From: Elusimicrobia bacterium RIFOXYA12_FULL_51_18
Lineage (GTDB): Bacteria; Elusimicrobiota; Elusimicrobia; Elusimicrobiales; UBA9959
Direction of reading: 5' to 3'
NCBI GenBank assembly: GCA_001800245.1
Contig: MGVA01000018.1
Coordinates: 12,134-76,133, forward strand
DNA: 64,000 nucleotides
This document shows positions 1 through 8,823 of this stretch, one piece after another (the first letter of the stretch is position 1; every line of letters starts with the position of its first letter). A program made the translations under genes and the position numbers. The notes under the pieces are model-generated. The model worked only from the letters and a program-made list of their open reading frames with translations, was not told the origin of the DNA and ran no database searches.

Positions 1-40
1 AAACCTGGCGCGCATTGCGCTTGGTTTTCGACCCGCTGCT

Positions 41-62
41 GCGGGGAATCCCGCATTTTTTT
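41..62 (+). terminator. Rho-independent terminator-like hairpin for a gene left of the window
   Basis: The stem is GCGGG-gaat-CCCGC. A run of 7 T follows after one unpaired base. Confidence 0.45.
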
Positions 63-144
63 GTTCACCTGATTTTCCAATGGAAACCAAGTTTAACTGC
101 AGGATTCGGGCTAAGGATGGCGGACTATAGAAAACAGCTTGGGC

Positions 145-1542
145 TTAGGCGGATCTGCCGCCCGCCGGTTTCAGCTTGGCGGTGAAATGCGCCAGGACTT
201 TCGGGGCTTCCACCACTTCAAGCCCCTTTATCGTTTTCTTTTTTTTCGCCAGCGCGCCCAACACCTCTATCACGTAGTCTATGTGGCTCTGCGTATAGAC
301 GCGCCGCGGCATGGCCAGGCGCACCAGTTCCATGGGCGCCGCCAGGAAATTATTTTTAGCGTCCCTGCGTCCGAACATCAGCGTGCCTATCTCTACGCCG
401 CGTATGCCGCCTTCCAGGTAAAGCGCGCAGGCCAGCGATTGCGCCGGAAAACGCTGCGGCTTCAGGTGCGGAAGGAATTTTCTGGCGTTAACATATACGC
501 CGTGCCCTCCGGGCGGATTTATGATCGGTACGCCGCGCTTCAGCAGTCCTTCGCCCAGATACTGCGCGGAGCGGATGCGGTATTGCAGATAATTTTCATC
601 GAGCACTTCACGCAGTCCTATGGCTATGGCTTCCAGATCCCGGCCGGCCAATCCGCCGTAGGTGTTGAAGCCCTCGGTCAGGATCAGCATCTGGCGGGCC
701 TTGGCCGACCAATCGCGGTTGTTCATAGCGAGGAACCCGCCGATATTGACCAGCGCGTCTTTTTTTGAACTCATCCAGGCGCCGTCCGCCAGTTCGAACA
801 TCTCCTGGGCTATCTCGCGTACCGGGCACTGCGCGTATCCCTTCTCGCGCAACTTTATAAAATACGCGTTTTCGGCGAAGCGGGCGCAGTCGAGGAAGAG
901 CGGGATGCCGTGTTTGCGGCACAGGTTTTGCGCGGCCTTGAGGTTTTCCATGGAGACCGGCTGGCCGCCCAGGGAATTATTGGTCACTGTCATTACGCAA
1001 AGGGGGATGTTTTTCGCTCCCTTTTCGTTTATAAACTTCTCCATGGCGGTTATGTCGGCGTTGCCTTTGAAAGGGGCTGGCTTGTCGAAGTCCAGCGCTT
1101 CTTTTACTGGGAAATCCACAGCCTGCGCTCCCGAAAATTCAACGTTGGCCCGGGTTGTATCGAAGTGAGAGTTTGAGATTATATATTTCCCCCTGCCTCC
1201 TATCACTCCAAAAAGTATTTTTTCCGCGGCGCGCCCTTGGTGAACGGGAATTATCTCCGCGAAACCGGTAAGGCCCTTTACCTCGCGTTCGAAAGTGTAG
1301 TAACTGCGGGCCCCGGCGTAGGATTCATCTCCGATCATGATGCCGCCCCACTGCGCCGCGCTCATCGCTCCCGTTCCGCTGTCGGTCAAAAGGTCTATCA
1401 GGACTTTTTCGGCTCTGATATTAAAAAGGTTATAGTGCGCCGCGTTCAGGATCTTGAGGCGCTCTTCCCGGGTGGTAAAGCCCAATGGCTCCACGCTCTT
1501 TATTTTAAAGGGTTCGATGATCGTTTTCCATTTCCAATCCAT
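145..1542 (-). CDS. tnaA: Tryptophanase / tyrosine phenol-lyase family beta-eliminating lyase (PLP-dependent)
   Basis: 465-aa ORF that aligns by eye over its full length with TnaA/TPL. Shared motifs are DLLTDSGTGAMS, ARFAENAYFIK, the PLP-lysine motif SSKKDALVNIGG, FPAQSLA and HFTAKLKP near the C-terminus. RBS GAGGAG lies 7 nt before the ATG. Confidence 0.9.
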   Translation of the reverse strand: MDWKWKTIIEPFKIKSVEPLGFTTREERLKILNAAHYNLFNIRAEKVLIDLLTDSGTGAMSAAQWGGIMIGDESYAGARSYYTFEREVKGLTGFAEIIPVHQGRAAEKILFGVIGGRGKYIISNSHFDTTRANVEFSGAQAVDFPVKEALDFDKPAPFKGNADITAMEKFINEKGAKNIPLCVMTVTNNSLGGQPVSMENLKAAQNLCRKHGIPLFLDCARFAENAYFIKLREKGYAQCPVREIAQEMFELADGAWMSSKKDALVNIGGFLAMNNRDWSAKARQMLILTEGFNTYGGLAGRDLEAIAIGLREVLDENYLQYRIRSAQYLGEGLLKRGVPIINPPGGHGVYVNARKFLPHLKPQRFPAQSLACALYLEGGIRGVEIGTLMFGRRDAKNNFLAAPMELVRLAMPRRVYTQSHIDYVIEVLGALAKKKKTIKGLEVVEAPKVLAHFTAKLKPAGGRSA

Positions 1543-1558
1543 GATAGGGCTCCTCTCT

Positions 1559-1822
1559 GTCGCACCCCGCGCTTAACACATGCGCGGGGCGGATTCCCGC
1601 CGGGCCTTTAGCGGAAAGCGGCCCGGTGCTCCCGGAGGGGGATTCCATCCCCCTTCCGCGTTTGCTTCCTTCGCCAAGGCTCAGTCGCCACACTGAACCC
1701 CCTGCTGTGGAAATCTTCCGAATACTAAGGAATCAAATCTTCTTAGCTCTGTCGCACCCCGCGCTTAACACATGCGCGGGGCGGATGACGCCGGGCTTTA
1801 TTAAGGTGGCGCCCGGTGCTCC
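1559..1822 (-). repeat. Hairpin-rich intergenic element, copy 1 (candidate structured RNA or REP-like element)
   Basis: The 36-nt module GTCGCACCCCGCGC-ttaacacat-GCGCGGGGCGGAT occurs at 1559-1594 and 1751-1786, with a partial third unit at 1787-1822. The core is near-identical to the reverse complement of 21907-22130. Confidence 0.8.
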
Positions 1823-1850
1823 ACGCGGTGTAATAAGCCGGCGACTTCGT

Positions 1851-2900
1851 CTATTTTACAAATATAGTCATCAATATGAAATAGGCCAGCATGAGGAAGG
1901 TCCCGTAAGGCAGAGCGGCTTTCGCCCATTCGCCGGACTTTATTTTCAGCTTGGAGGCGCTTATTATATTCGGGATGTTACCGGGGATCAGCATGCCTCC
2001 GGAGATCAGCAGCCCCATAAGTACGAACTTGACCTGCTTGTCGGTCATGATCGGGACAAGTTCGGCCGCAGCCAGTGTGGCGTTGTCCAGGATGGCGGAT
2101 ATCGAATTGATCCAGTAAAGGGCCCATAGCGGCATCCCCGGGATAAAACGCTCTGCCAGCGGGGTAAGCCCGGCGCCCAGAAAAATAAGCGCCATGACGA
2201 AAAGATAGACCTTGCAGCCCCGTAAAAGGATGCTTAGTCTTGTTTCCAGCGCATCCTCTACAAGTCCGTGGCCGGAGGAGGCGGTCGGTCCGGCTCCGCG
2301 CGAGCCGAGGAAAGACGTTAATATTACTCCCGGAATTACCCAAAGTCCGATCTGGTTAAGCAGATAGAAAAAATCGGCGCTATGGGGGGGGGCTTTCAGT
2401 TTCGCCACAACTATTGTGGAGAGAGGTTCGCCTATGGGTGTGAGAGCGGCTCCCAGGCCTATGGCGTAGCAAGCGTAAACCACGATCCTGATCTCGCAGT
2501 TCCTTTCAAGTTTGAGAATGCTTATAACTTCGGCAAGCATCAGGGCGGAGATGATAGCCGTCATCAGGCTTGAGCCCAGACCGAGAAATAGTATGATAAT
2601 GAAGAGTGACCAGCGTAGCCCAAGTGCTTTTATCAGGCGCTCCAGCCACCCTTTCAACTTAGGACGCACGGCCCTGAACGCGAAACCCAGGACCAGTACC
2701 GCCAGCGTTATTTTTATCGGCTCAAGGAAAGCTTCTTTTATCAGCGCCAGGTTCCATAAACCGGAAATTGTGACCGCGGACAGGCCCATTATGAAAAGGA
2801 AAGCTTCCAGCTCTTCTTCCACTTTTTTTACGGAAAAAGGAAGGATCAGAGTGGATGCCATGATCGCCGCCAAGCCGGCTATTGTCAGGTATTCGTCCAT
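1851..2900 (-). CDS. Polytopic membrane protein, DUF1646-like predicted cation transporter
   Basis: 349-aa ORF with many hydrophobic helices. The family assignment is from memory of DUF1646-type sequences and is unverified. Confidence 0.6.
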   Translation of the reverse strand: MDEYLTIAGLAAIMASTLILPFSVKKVEEELEAFLFIMGLSAVTISGLWNLALIKEAFLEPIKITLAVLVLGFAFRAVRPKLKGWLERLIKALGLRWSLFIIILFLGLGSSLMTAIISALMLAEVISILKLERNCEIRIVVYACYAIGLGAALTPIGEPLSTIVVAKLKAPPHSADFFYLLNQIGLWVIPGVILTSFLGSRGAGPTASSGHGLVEDALETRLSILLRGCKVYLFVMALIFLGAGLTPLAERFIPGMPLWALYWINSISAILDNATLAAAELVPIMTDKQVKFVLMGLLISGGMLIPGNIPNIISASKLKIKSGEWAKAALPYGTFLMLAYFILMTIFVK

Positions 2901-3065
2901 GAATGTTTTTTGCGGCGTCCCTTACCGGGGATTTAAGTCCGGGTGCGGTGAGCCGTGTTGAATTTCGCGATGCGTATTATCCTGCCGCTTAAGCGGTTTG
3001 TTTATGTCTTACGGGCCATGAGTCCCGTAACGGCGCCTGCGCGGGTATTGTGCTACAATATTACT

Positions 3066-3235
3066 GAATAATCCGCTGGAAAACCTTTTTCGGGGTTTTG
3101 GGCCGGTTTTTGTCTGTGGCTTTGCGTTGCTTAACTCTCGGTTCTCTTAAAGAATATGTGTTTTGCATCGCCTTGGTTCGGCTTCAAAATCCGCTCAAAA
3201 TACCTCGGAGCGGGGTTTCCCGGAGGACCGCTGAA
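3066..3235. repeat. MITE-like repeat, family B, degenerate copy B1
   Basis: It shares the core ...ggcttcaaaatccgctcaaaatacctc... and flanking modules with 4245-4413. The terminal inverted repeats are imperfect. Confidence 0.6.
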
Positions 3236-3271
3236 CATAGTAATTCTATAACTTTTAGGATGTAAAAGAAA

Positions 3272-4192
3272 ATGAATAGATTGACAGGGCCGGTGGGCCT
3301 CTTTCTCTGCGGCGGCGGCGCTTTAGGCAGCTGGCAGTCCGGGGTCCTGTCCAGGCTCGTCGCGGGCGGCCTGGAATTCGACGCCGTCGCTGGTTTCAGC
3401 GTCGGGTCGCTCAACGGCGCGGCCTATTGCTACAACAAGACCGGTGAACTGCGCGCCATCTGGTCCGGCCTTAAGCCGGAACGGATCCTCTCAGTGCGGC
3501 CGGGCTATCATAACATTCCGCTGGAATTATATCAGCACCACAAACCGGGTTTTTTTTCAAAGATAGGTTTTCTGTTCCAGAAGCACGCTTCGCGGATGTA
3601 TCTCTTCTCAAACAAGCCGGTCTATGACTTCCTGAATTCCTGGCTTTCAAAGACGGACGTTAATTTCAACCGTAAAATAAATTTTTATGTCATCAGCCAC
3701 GCGGTGGAGATGAAGCTCCCTTATATCGTCAAGTTCGACGGCGGCGCTCAGAGCCATAATCTCTCTTTTGTGGATTCGTTGGTCGCAAGTTGCGCCATCC
3801 CCACCATTTTCCCACCGGTGGAAGTCACCGAGCACGGCCGTACTTACCATCTGGTGGACGGCGGAGTTATAGGAATAGCGAATATAAACCTCAATATTTT
3901 TGAAGGCTGCAAAACCATTGTTATGATCGGCAATTCCAGGGAAGAGGATGTGAATTTCCCGTCGGTCGGGGCTTTCGGATATTTCGAGTCAAGAGCCAGG
4001 AGGATGCTTGCCGTGCACACGCAGAAGATCTATGAGTCGCGCATCTTTGTTAAATCCGAACCGATAGTGCATTATATCAAGCCGCCCGCGGACCTGAACC
4101 TTGGCATCCTGGAGTTTGACGGAGTAAAATGTTCGCGCGCGTTCGATGCCGGCGAACGGGAAGCCGAACGCTGGATGTCGCGGCTTGAATAA
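3272..4192 (+). CDS. Patatin-like phospholipase
   Basis: Oxyanion motif CGGGALG, nucleophile elbow GFSVGS (GxSxG) and the catalytic Asp motif VDGG are all present in a 306-aa ORF. Confidence 0.85.
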   Translation: MNRLTGPVGLFLCGGGALGSWQSGVLSRLVAGGLEFDAVAGFSVGSLNGAAYCYNKTGELRAIWSGLKPERILSVRPGYHNIPLELYQHHKPGFFSKIGFLFQKHASRMYLFSNKPVYDFLNSWLSKTDVNFNRKINFYVISHAVEMKLPYIVKFDGGAQSHNLSFVDSLVASCAIPTIFPPVEVTEHGRTYHLVDGGVIGIANINLNIFEGCKTIVMIGNSREEDVNFPSVGAFGYFESRARRMLAVHTQKIYESRIFVKSEPIVHYIKPPADLNLGILEFDGVKCSRAFDAGEREAERWMSRLE

Positions 4193-4244
4193 CTTATGTG
4201 AGGTTCAATAGCAACGTGTTGACGTGCAAGCGCAGGCAATTATT

Positions 4245-4413
4245 AGCAGTCTGCTGAAAAACCCTCTTTCGGGGTCTTTTGGCTGATTTTTGCCTGCGCC
4301 TTTGCGCTGCTCAACTCACAGTCCCTGGTCGAGAATGCTCGTTTCGCATCGCTTAGGCTCGGCTTCAAAATCCGCTCAAAATACCTCCGAGTAGGGTTTG
4401 TCAGCAGACTGTT
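4245..4413. mobile_element. MITE-like non-autonomous element, family B, copy B2
   Basis: The ~21-bp terminal inverted repeats are agcagtctgctgaaaaaccct and agggtttgtcagcagactgtt. The core is shared with 3066-3235 and 57682-57900. It contains no ORF. Confidence 0.7.
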
Positions 4414-4431
4414 AGCCGGTATAACGTTTTT

Positions 4432-5283
4432 ATGTTCGATTTAAACTTCCTGAATTTTTCCCTGCTGGCGTTTTTAGGATTTTTTATAGGCATCCTGGGG
4501 TCGGTTTTGGGGGTCGGGGGAGGTGTTTTTATAGTGCCGCTGCTTGTGCTGGCGCTTGGGGTTCCCATTCATCAGGCCATAGCGGTGTCGCTGGTTGCCA
4601 TCGTTGCCACCTCCAGCGCGGTGGCTTCGGTCAACGTGGAGCGCGGGCTGGCCAATATGCGTCTTGGAGTCGCACTGGAGGTTCCCACAGCCCTGGGGTC
4701 CATAATCGGCGCCCTCGCAGCCAGCCGGCTGTCGTCCAATCTTATTTACCTCCTTTTTTCGATAATGCTTGCGGCGGTTTCCATCAGTATGTTCCTGAAA
4801 GGCCGGCGCTCTCTGAGGCGCGCGGCCTCCGTACACTTCCAGGCCGCGGCCGGCGGGGCGGGCGGAGCCCTCGATTCCTCGTTTTTTGACCCGTCAACAG
4901 GTTCTTATACCTCTTACCGCGTCAAAAATATGGCTCCGGCCTCCTTCGTATCGTTTTTTGCCGGCGGGCTTTCAGGCCTGCTGGGCATTGGAGGGGGCGT
5001 GATACAGGTGCCGGTGATGAATTTGCTGTGCGGCGTGCCGTTTAAGGCCGCCGCCGCTACCAGCAATTTCCTGATAGGCGTTTCCGCCGCCGCAAGTGTT
5101 TTTATATATCTAAGAAAGGGGTACCTGATACCCGATCTGGCGGCCGTTATCGTAATAGGCGTGCTGTTTGGATCCTTCGCCGGGATACATATTCTTTATA
5201 AGGCCAGATCCGAGAAGATCCAGATAGCATTTTCGGCGTTTATGTTTGTGGTCGCGGTTAAAATGTTTATGACGGCGTTTTAA
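4432..5283 (+). CDS. TauE/SafE (TSUP, DUF81) family anion exporter membrane protein
   Basis: 283-aa ORF with a two-fold internal repeat of Gly-rich TM helices (GVGGGVFIVP and GIGGGVIQVP). Confidence 0.8.
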   Translation: MFDLNFLNFSLLAFLGFFIGILGSVLGVGGGVFIVPLLVLALGVPIHQAIAVSLVAIVATSSAVASVNVERGLANMRLGVALEVPTALGSIIGALAASRLSSNLIYLLFSIMLAAVSISMFLKGRRSLRRAASVHFQAAAGGAGGALDSSFFDPSTGSYTSYRVKNMAPASFVSFFAGGLSGLLGIGGGVIQVPVMNLLCGVPFKAAAATSNFLIGVSAAASVFIYLRKGYLIPDLAAVIVIGVLFGSFAGIHILYKARSEKIQIAFSAFMFVVAVKMFMTAF

Positions 5284-5355
5284 CCCGCCAATTGCAGTTG
5301 AAATTGTTATTTCCTGGAAGTTTGCGTGTATAGCTGACCATTGTGATTCTGAGTT

Positions 5356-5640
5356 ATGGTTAAAGATTTTTCCGAAAAGAAATTCGGCAAATTGATACAG
5401 AGAACGCTCCTGGCCGGAGTGTTCCTTAGCCTTTTCTTTTTCTTCCTGGGCTTTGTCTTCCGGCTTACAGGTTCCGCGGCGGCCGAAGGACTACTGCGGA
5501 CCGGAGTATTGTTGCTGGCGATCACTCCCTCGGCGCGCGTGACAATGCTGGTTTACGGCTACTGCCGGACAAAAGAATATCACCTTGCCCTAGCGGCTTT
5601 TACCGTCCTTAGCTTACTGTTGGTTTCCGCATTGATATAA
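5356..5640 (+). CDS. Small membrane protein, DUF1634-like
   Basis: 94 aa with three hydrophobic helices. It sits immediately downstream of the TauE gene, which is a common pairing. Confidence 0.55.
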   Translation: MVKDFSEKKFGKLIQRTLLAGVFLSLFFFFLGFVFRLTGSAAAEGLLRTGVLLLAITPSARVTMLVYGYCRTKEYHLALAAFTVLSLLLVSALI

Positions 5641-5820
5641 GGCCGGTTTTTTGCGGCGGAGATTATTTCCGGATTGGCGTTCGGAGCCGGGGCTGTTTTG
5701 AAGGCGTAATTCTGCGGATTGCTTGGGCTTTAGGATACCGGGGATATTTTTATACAATAAGTTCTCTGAATGAAACACGATATCAATTATGATCTCCGGG
5801 TTAAGAAAAGGAAGAGAAAT

Positions 5821-6831
5821 ATGAATAATAAACAAGAATTCACCGCTATCGTTCCGGTGGCGGGGGCGGGAACCCGGCTCAGGCCTCATACCCACACTTA
5901 CCCCAAGGTGCTGTTGACCGTGGGAGATAAACCCATCATCGGCCATATTCTGGACGACATCTCAAAGGCCGGGATAAAGAAAGTTTGCATGGTCATCGGC
6001 TACATGGGCGACAAGATTAAAACTTATGTCGCCGGAAAATATCCTAAGCTGGACGTGACTTTTGTTACGCAGGATGAGCCGCGGGGCCTCGGTCACGCTA
6101 TCTGGCTGACCCGTGAGCATGTCAAAGGCCCCGCGCTGGTCATGCTGGGCGATACCATTATCTCCGCGGACCTTAAGAAGTTTTTGGAGGCGCGCGAGGA
6201 TTCCATAGCGGTACATGAGGTCGCCGATCCTAGGCGTTTTGGCGTGGTGGAAACGAAAAAAGGCCGTATTGTAAATATGGTGGAAAAGCCCCGGAACCCG
6301 CCCTCCAATCTTGCCATAGTGGGGATCTACGCTTTCCGGGAAACCGGGCCTTTGTTCACGAGTCTGGACCGTCTGGTCCAGTCCGGTAAGACCACCGTTG
6401 GAGAGATCCAGCTGACCGACGCCCTGATGCTTATGCTGAAGAGCGGGCACAGATTCAGACCGGTCACGATAGACGGCTGGTATGACTGCGGAAAACCGGA
6501 GACTTTGCTGGAGACCAACCGCTATATTCTGAAAAAGAAAAATCCGGCGCCCCGCGCTCCGGGCTGCGTAGTGGTGGAACCGGTGTATATCTCTCCGCTC
6601 GCCAAAGTATCTAATTCGATAATCGGCCCGTACGCGTCCATCGGGGACGGCGCTTTGGTGGACTACTCCATAGTCTCGGATTCCATCATAAACGAGAACG
6701 CCGTGATCATGAATATGAACCTCAGTAAATCTCTTGTGGGCCCGAGTGCCACTATCATCGGCAGGCGGGAGCAGATCAATATAGGCGAAAGTTCGGAGAT
6801 CAGATTCGATAAAACGGCCTGTGATCTCTGA
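5821..6831 (+). CDS. Sugar-1-phosphate nucleotidyltransferase with a C-terminal left-handed beta-helix
   Basis: The N-terminal motif is VAGAGTRLRPHT (GxGTRLxPxT). Hexapeptide repeats occupy the C-terminal third. I chose the ATG at 5821 (RBS aggaag upstream); the ORF is open from 5770. Confidence 0.8.
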   Translation: MNNKQEFTAIVPVAGAGTRLRPHTHTYPKVLLTVGDKPIIGHILDDISKAGIKKVCMVIGYMGDKIKTYVAGKYPKLDVTFVTQDEPRGLGHAIWLTREHVKGPALVMLGDTIISADLKKFLEAREDSIAVHEVADPRRFGVVETKKGRIVNMVEKPRNPPSNLAIVGIYAFRETGPLFTSLDRLVQSGKTTVGEIQLTDALMLMLKSGHRFRPVTIDGWYDCGKPETLLETNRYILKKKNPAPRAPGCVVVEPVYISPLAKVSNSIIGPYASIGDGALVDYSIVSDSIINENAVIMNMNLSKSLVGPSATIIGRREQINIGESSEIRFDKTACDL

Positions 6832-6992
6832 CGGCGGCGAAGGTGGCGCCGCCGGGCTGGTCGGTTTTGGGCTGGTGGGCCGCAAGATAGTCCAATCGGG
6901 GCGTCGTCGGGTTTTCTGCACGCTCCGGGTCCGGGTTTTATGGGGAAGAAGACCGGGGTCTTCCGCCGGCTCCGCAATATCCGCCCTTGTGT

Positions 6993-8270
6993 TTATGATT
7001 TTATGAAGAATAGCGCGGGAAAGTAGGTTACCAAGGCCAGCACTCCCAGCAGGATAAACCAGAAATTCATGGTCGCCAGATAGAGTTCCGGCAGTTTTTT
7101 GTCGAACCTGGAACTGGAAAGGAAAAGATTCAGGCCCAGCGGCGGGGTCATGTAGCCGATCTCAAGGTTCAGAAGGAAGATGATGCCGAGATGGATGGGG
7201 TCGATGCCGTAGTTCATGGCCACCGGCACGATTATGGGCACAACTATTATAATAGCGGAGAAGATCTCCACCATGTTGATGACCAGCAGAAAAGCGTTCA
7301 GGATCACCAGAAAAAGCACTTTGCTGGATACGAACGAATGCAGTAAGGCGAAGATCCTGTCCGGTATCTGCGCGTCGATCAGGTAATTGGTGAAGCCCAG
7401 GGCGGTTCCCAGCACCACGAAGATCGCCCCGACCAGCATCATGCTTTTCACAGCGATTTTTGGTATATCCCGGAACAGATCTAATTCCCTGTAAATAAAC
7501 ACTTCCGTTATCAGCACGTAGAAGGCCATGATGGAGGCGGCTTCGCTGGCCGTGAAAAGCCCTTTATAAATGCCGCCTATCACTATGAAAGGAAGCGGGA
7601 GCTGCCAGGCTGTTTCTCTGACCGCGCTTTTTAATTCCGCCCAGGAGAAGGGCTGCTTTTTAATGCCGGCTTTTTTCGCCGTGACAAGCGCGTAAACCGA
7701 CAAGACCGCCAAAAGGAAGATTCCCGGCAGCAGCGCGGCTTTAAAAAGCGCGTCTATGCTTATTTTCGCGATGAGGCCGTAAAGTATTATAGGCAGGCTG
7801 GGGGGGAAGAGCAGGCCAAGGCTGCCGGTTGTGGTAAGCAGGCCCAGCGTGAATTTTTCCGGGTAGCCCTGCTTGGTCAGCATCGGGTAGAGGAGTCCGC
7901 CGAGAGCGATGATAGTCACTCCTGAGGCGCCCGTGAAAGCGGTGAAGATGGCGGTGGCCACCAGCGCGGCGATAGCCATGCCTCCAGGCAGAGAGCCGAA
8001 TAGCGCCGAGCCGAGCTTAAGCATTCGTTTCGGGGAATTGCTCTCCGCCAGCACATAGCCGGCGAAGGTGAAAAGGGGAATGGCGATCAGGGCGGGAAGG
8101 CTTGCCAGTCGAAGCATTTCCACGATGACCGCAGAGGAGTCTATGTCCGCCGCGCCGAAAAGATAAAGAGCCCCGGCGCCGATTAGCGAAAAGACCGGGG
8201 CGCCCAGGAAGGCCAGCGCGAAAATTAGGACGGCGATGAATATGCCCATAAATTGAAAGTAATCAAGCAA
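6993..8270 (-). CDS. dctM: TRAP transporter large permease
   Basis: 425-aa polytopic ORF in the operon order dctP-dctQ-dctM. Confidence 0.9.
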   Translation of the reverse strand: MLDYFQFMGIFIAVLIFALAFLGAPVFSLIGAGALYLFGAADIDSSAVIVEMLRLASLPALIAIPLFTFAGYVLAESNSPKRMLKLGSALFGSLPGGMAIAALVATAIFTAFTGASGVTIIALGGLLYPMLTKQGYPEKFTLGLLTTTGSLGLLFPPSLPIILYGLIAKISIDALFKAALLPGIFLLAVLSVYALVTAKKAGIKKQPFSWAELKSAVRETAWQLPLPFIVIGGIYKGLFTASEAASIMAFYVLITEVFIYRELDLFRDIPKIAVKSMMLVGAIFVVLGTALGFTNYLIDAQIPDRIFALLHSFVSSKVLFLVILNAFLLVINMVEIFSAIIIVVPIIVPVAMNYGIDPIHLGIIFLLNLEIGYMTPPLGLNLFLSSSRFDKKLPELYLATMNFWFILLGVLALVTYFPALFFIKS

Positions 8271-8307
8271 GCTGGCTAAGGTGAAAATTTTTCAAAAACG
8301 GGATCGC

Positions 8308-8823
8308 TTAATCAATATTAACTAAGCCACCGCCGCCTTGCGGTTTTTCCCGTCTGAAAATGTTAACAAACGTATGAAAAGCTATCAGCAGGAAGACCGC
8401 CGGGAGTATCATCCCGGCCCAGCCGCCTTTCACCGGGAAACCGCCGATATAAAAAGCCACCGAGCCGGAAGTGAACTCGTCACGGATGAATTTCCAGGCC
8501 GCGTTGAACAGCGTCCCCGCCACTATCACGGTGAAAACGTCGGTAAAAATATTCAGAGGTCTGTGCAGGCGTTCAGGCAGGAATTTTACAAGGGCGTCCA
8601 GAGCGAAGTGCTTGGCGTATCTGGAGGCCAGAACCGCGCCCGTGAGCCCGGTCCACAGCACCATGTGCCTTAGCGCGGGGTCCAGCCAGACTATGCCGGA
8701 ATGGAATACCAGACGGAGCAGCACCTGCATAAAGGAGAACATTACCATCAGGGCGATAAAAACCACCACCAGCGTCTTTTCCGCTCCGACGATAAGGTCT
8801 TCGGCCTTTAAAAGATATTTCAT
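8308..8823 (-). CDS. dctQ: TRAP transporter small permease
   Basis: 171 aa with four TM helices, located between dctP and dctM. Confidence 0.85.
   Translation of the reverse strand: MKYLLKAEDLIVGAEKTLVVVFIALMVMFSFMQVLLRLVFHSGIVWLDPALRHMVLWTGLTGAVLASRYAKHFALDALVKFLPERLHRPLNIFTDVFTVIVAGTLFNAAWKFIRDEFTSGSVAFYIGGFPVKGGWAGMILPAVFLLIAFHTFVNIFRREKPQGGGGLVNID

Noticed and set aside
1559-1786. I considered a CRISPR array. The 36-nt repeats have a palindromic CCCCGCGC...GCGCGGGG core and a GTCGCACCCC start reminiscent of type I-C repeats. They occur here and at 21907-22130.
   Set aside because: There are only two full repeats per locus. The 'spacers' are ~150 nt, far too long. They are also conserved and structured between the two loci, whereas true spacers are unique. 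No cas genes are present in the window.
3272-4192. I considered the patatin gene as a CBASS-type (CapV-like) defence effector.
   Set aside because: No CD-NTase or cyclase, no E1/E2/JAB accessory genes and no other sensor are adjacent. The neighbours are a transporter-type membrane protein and repeats.
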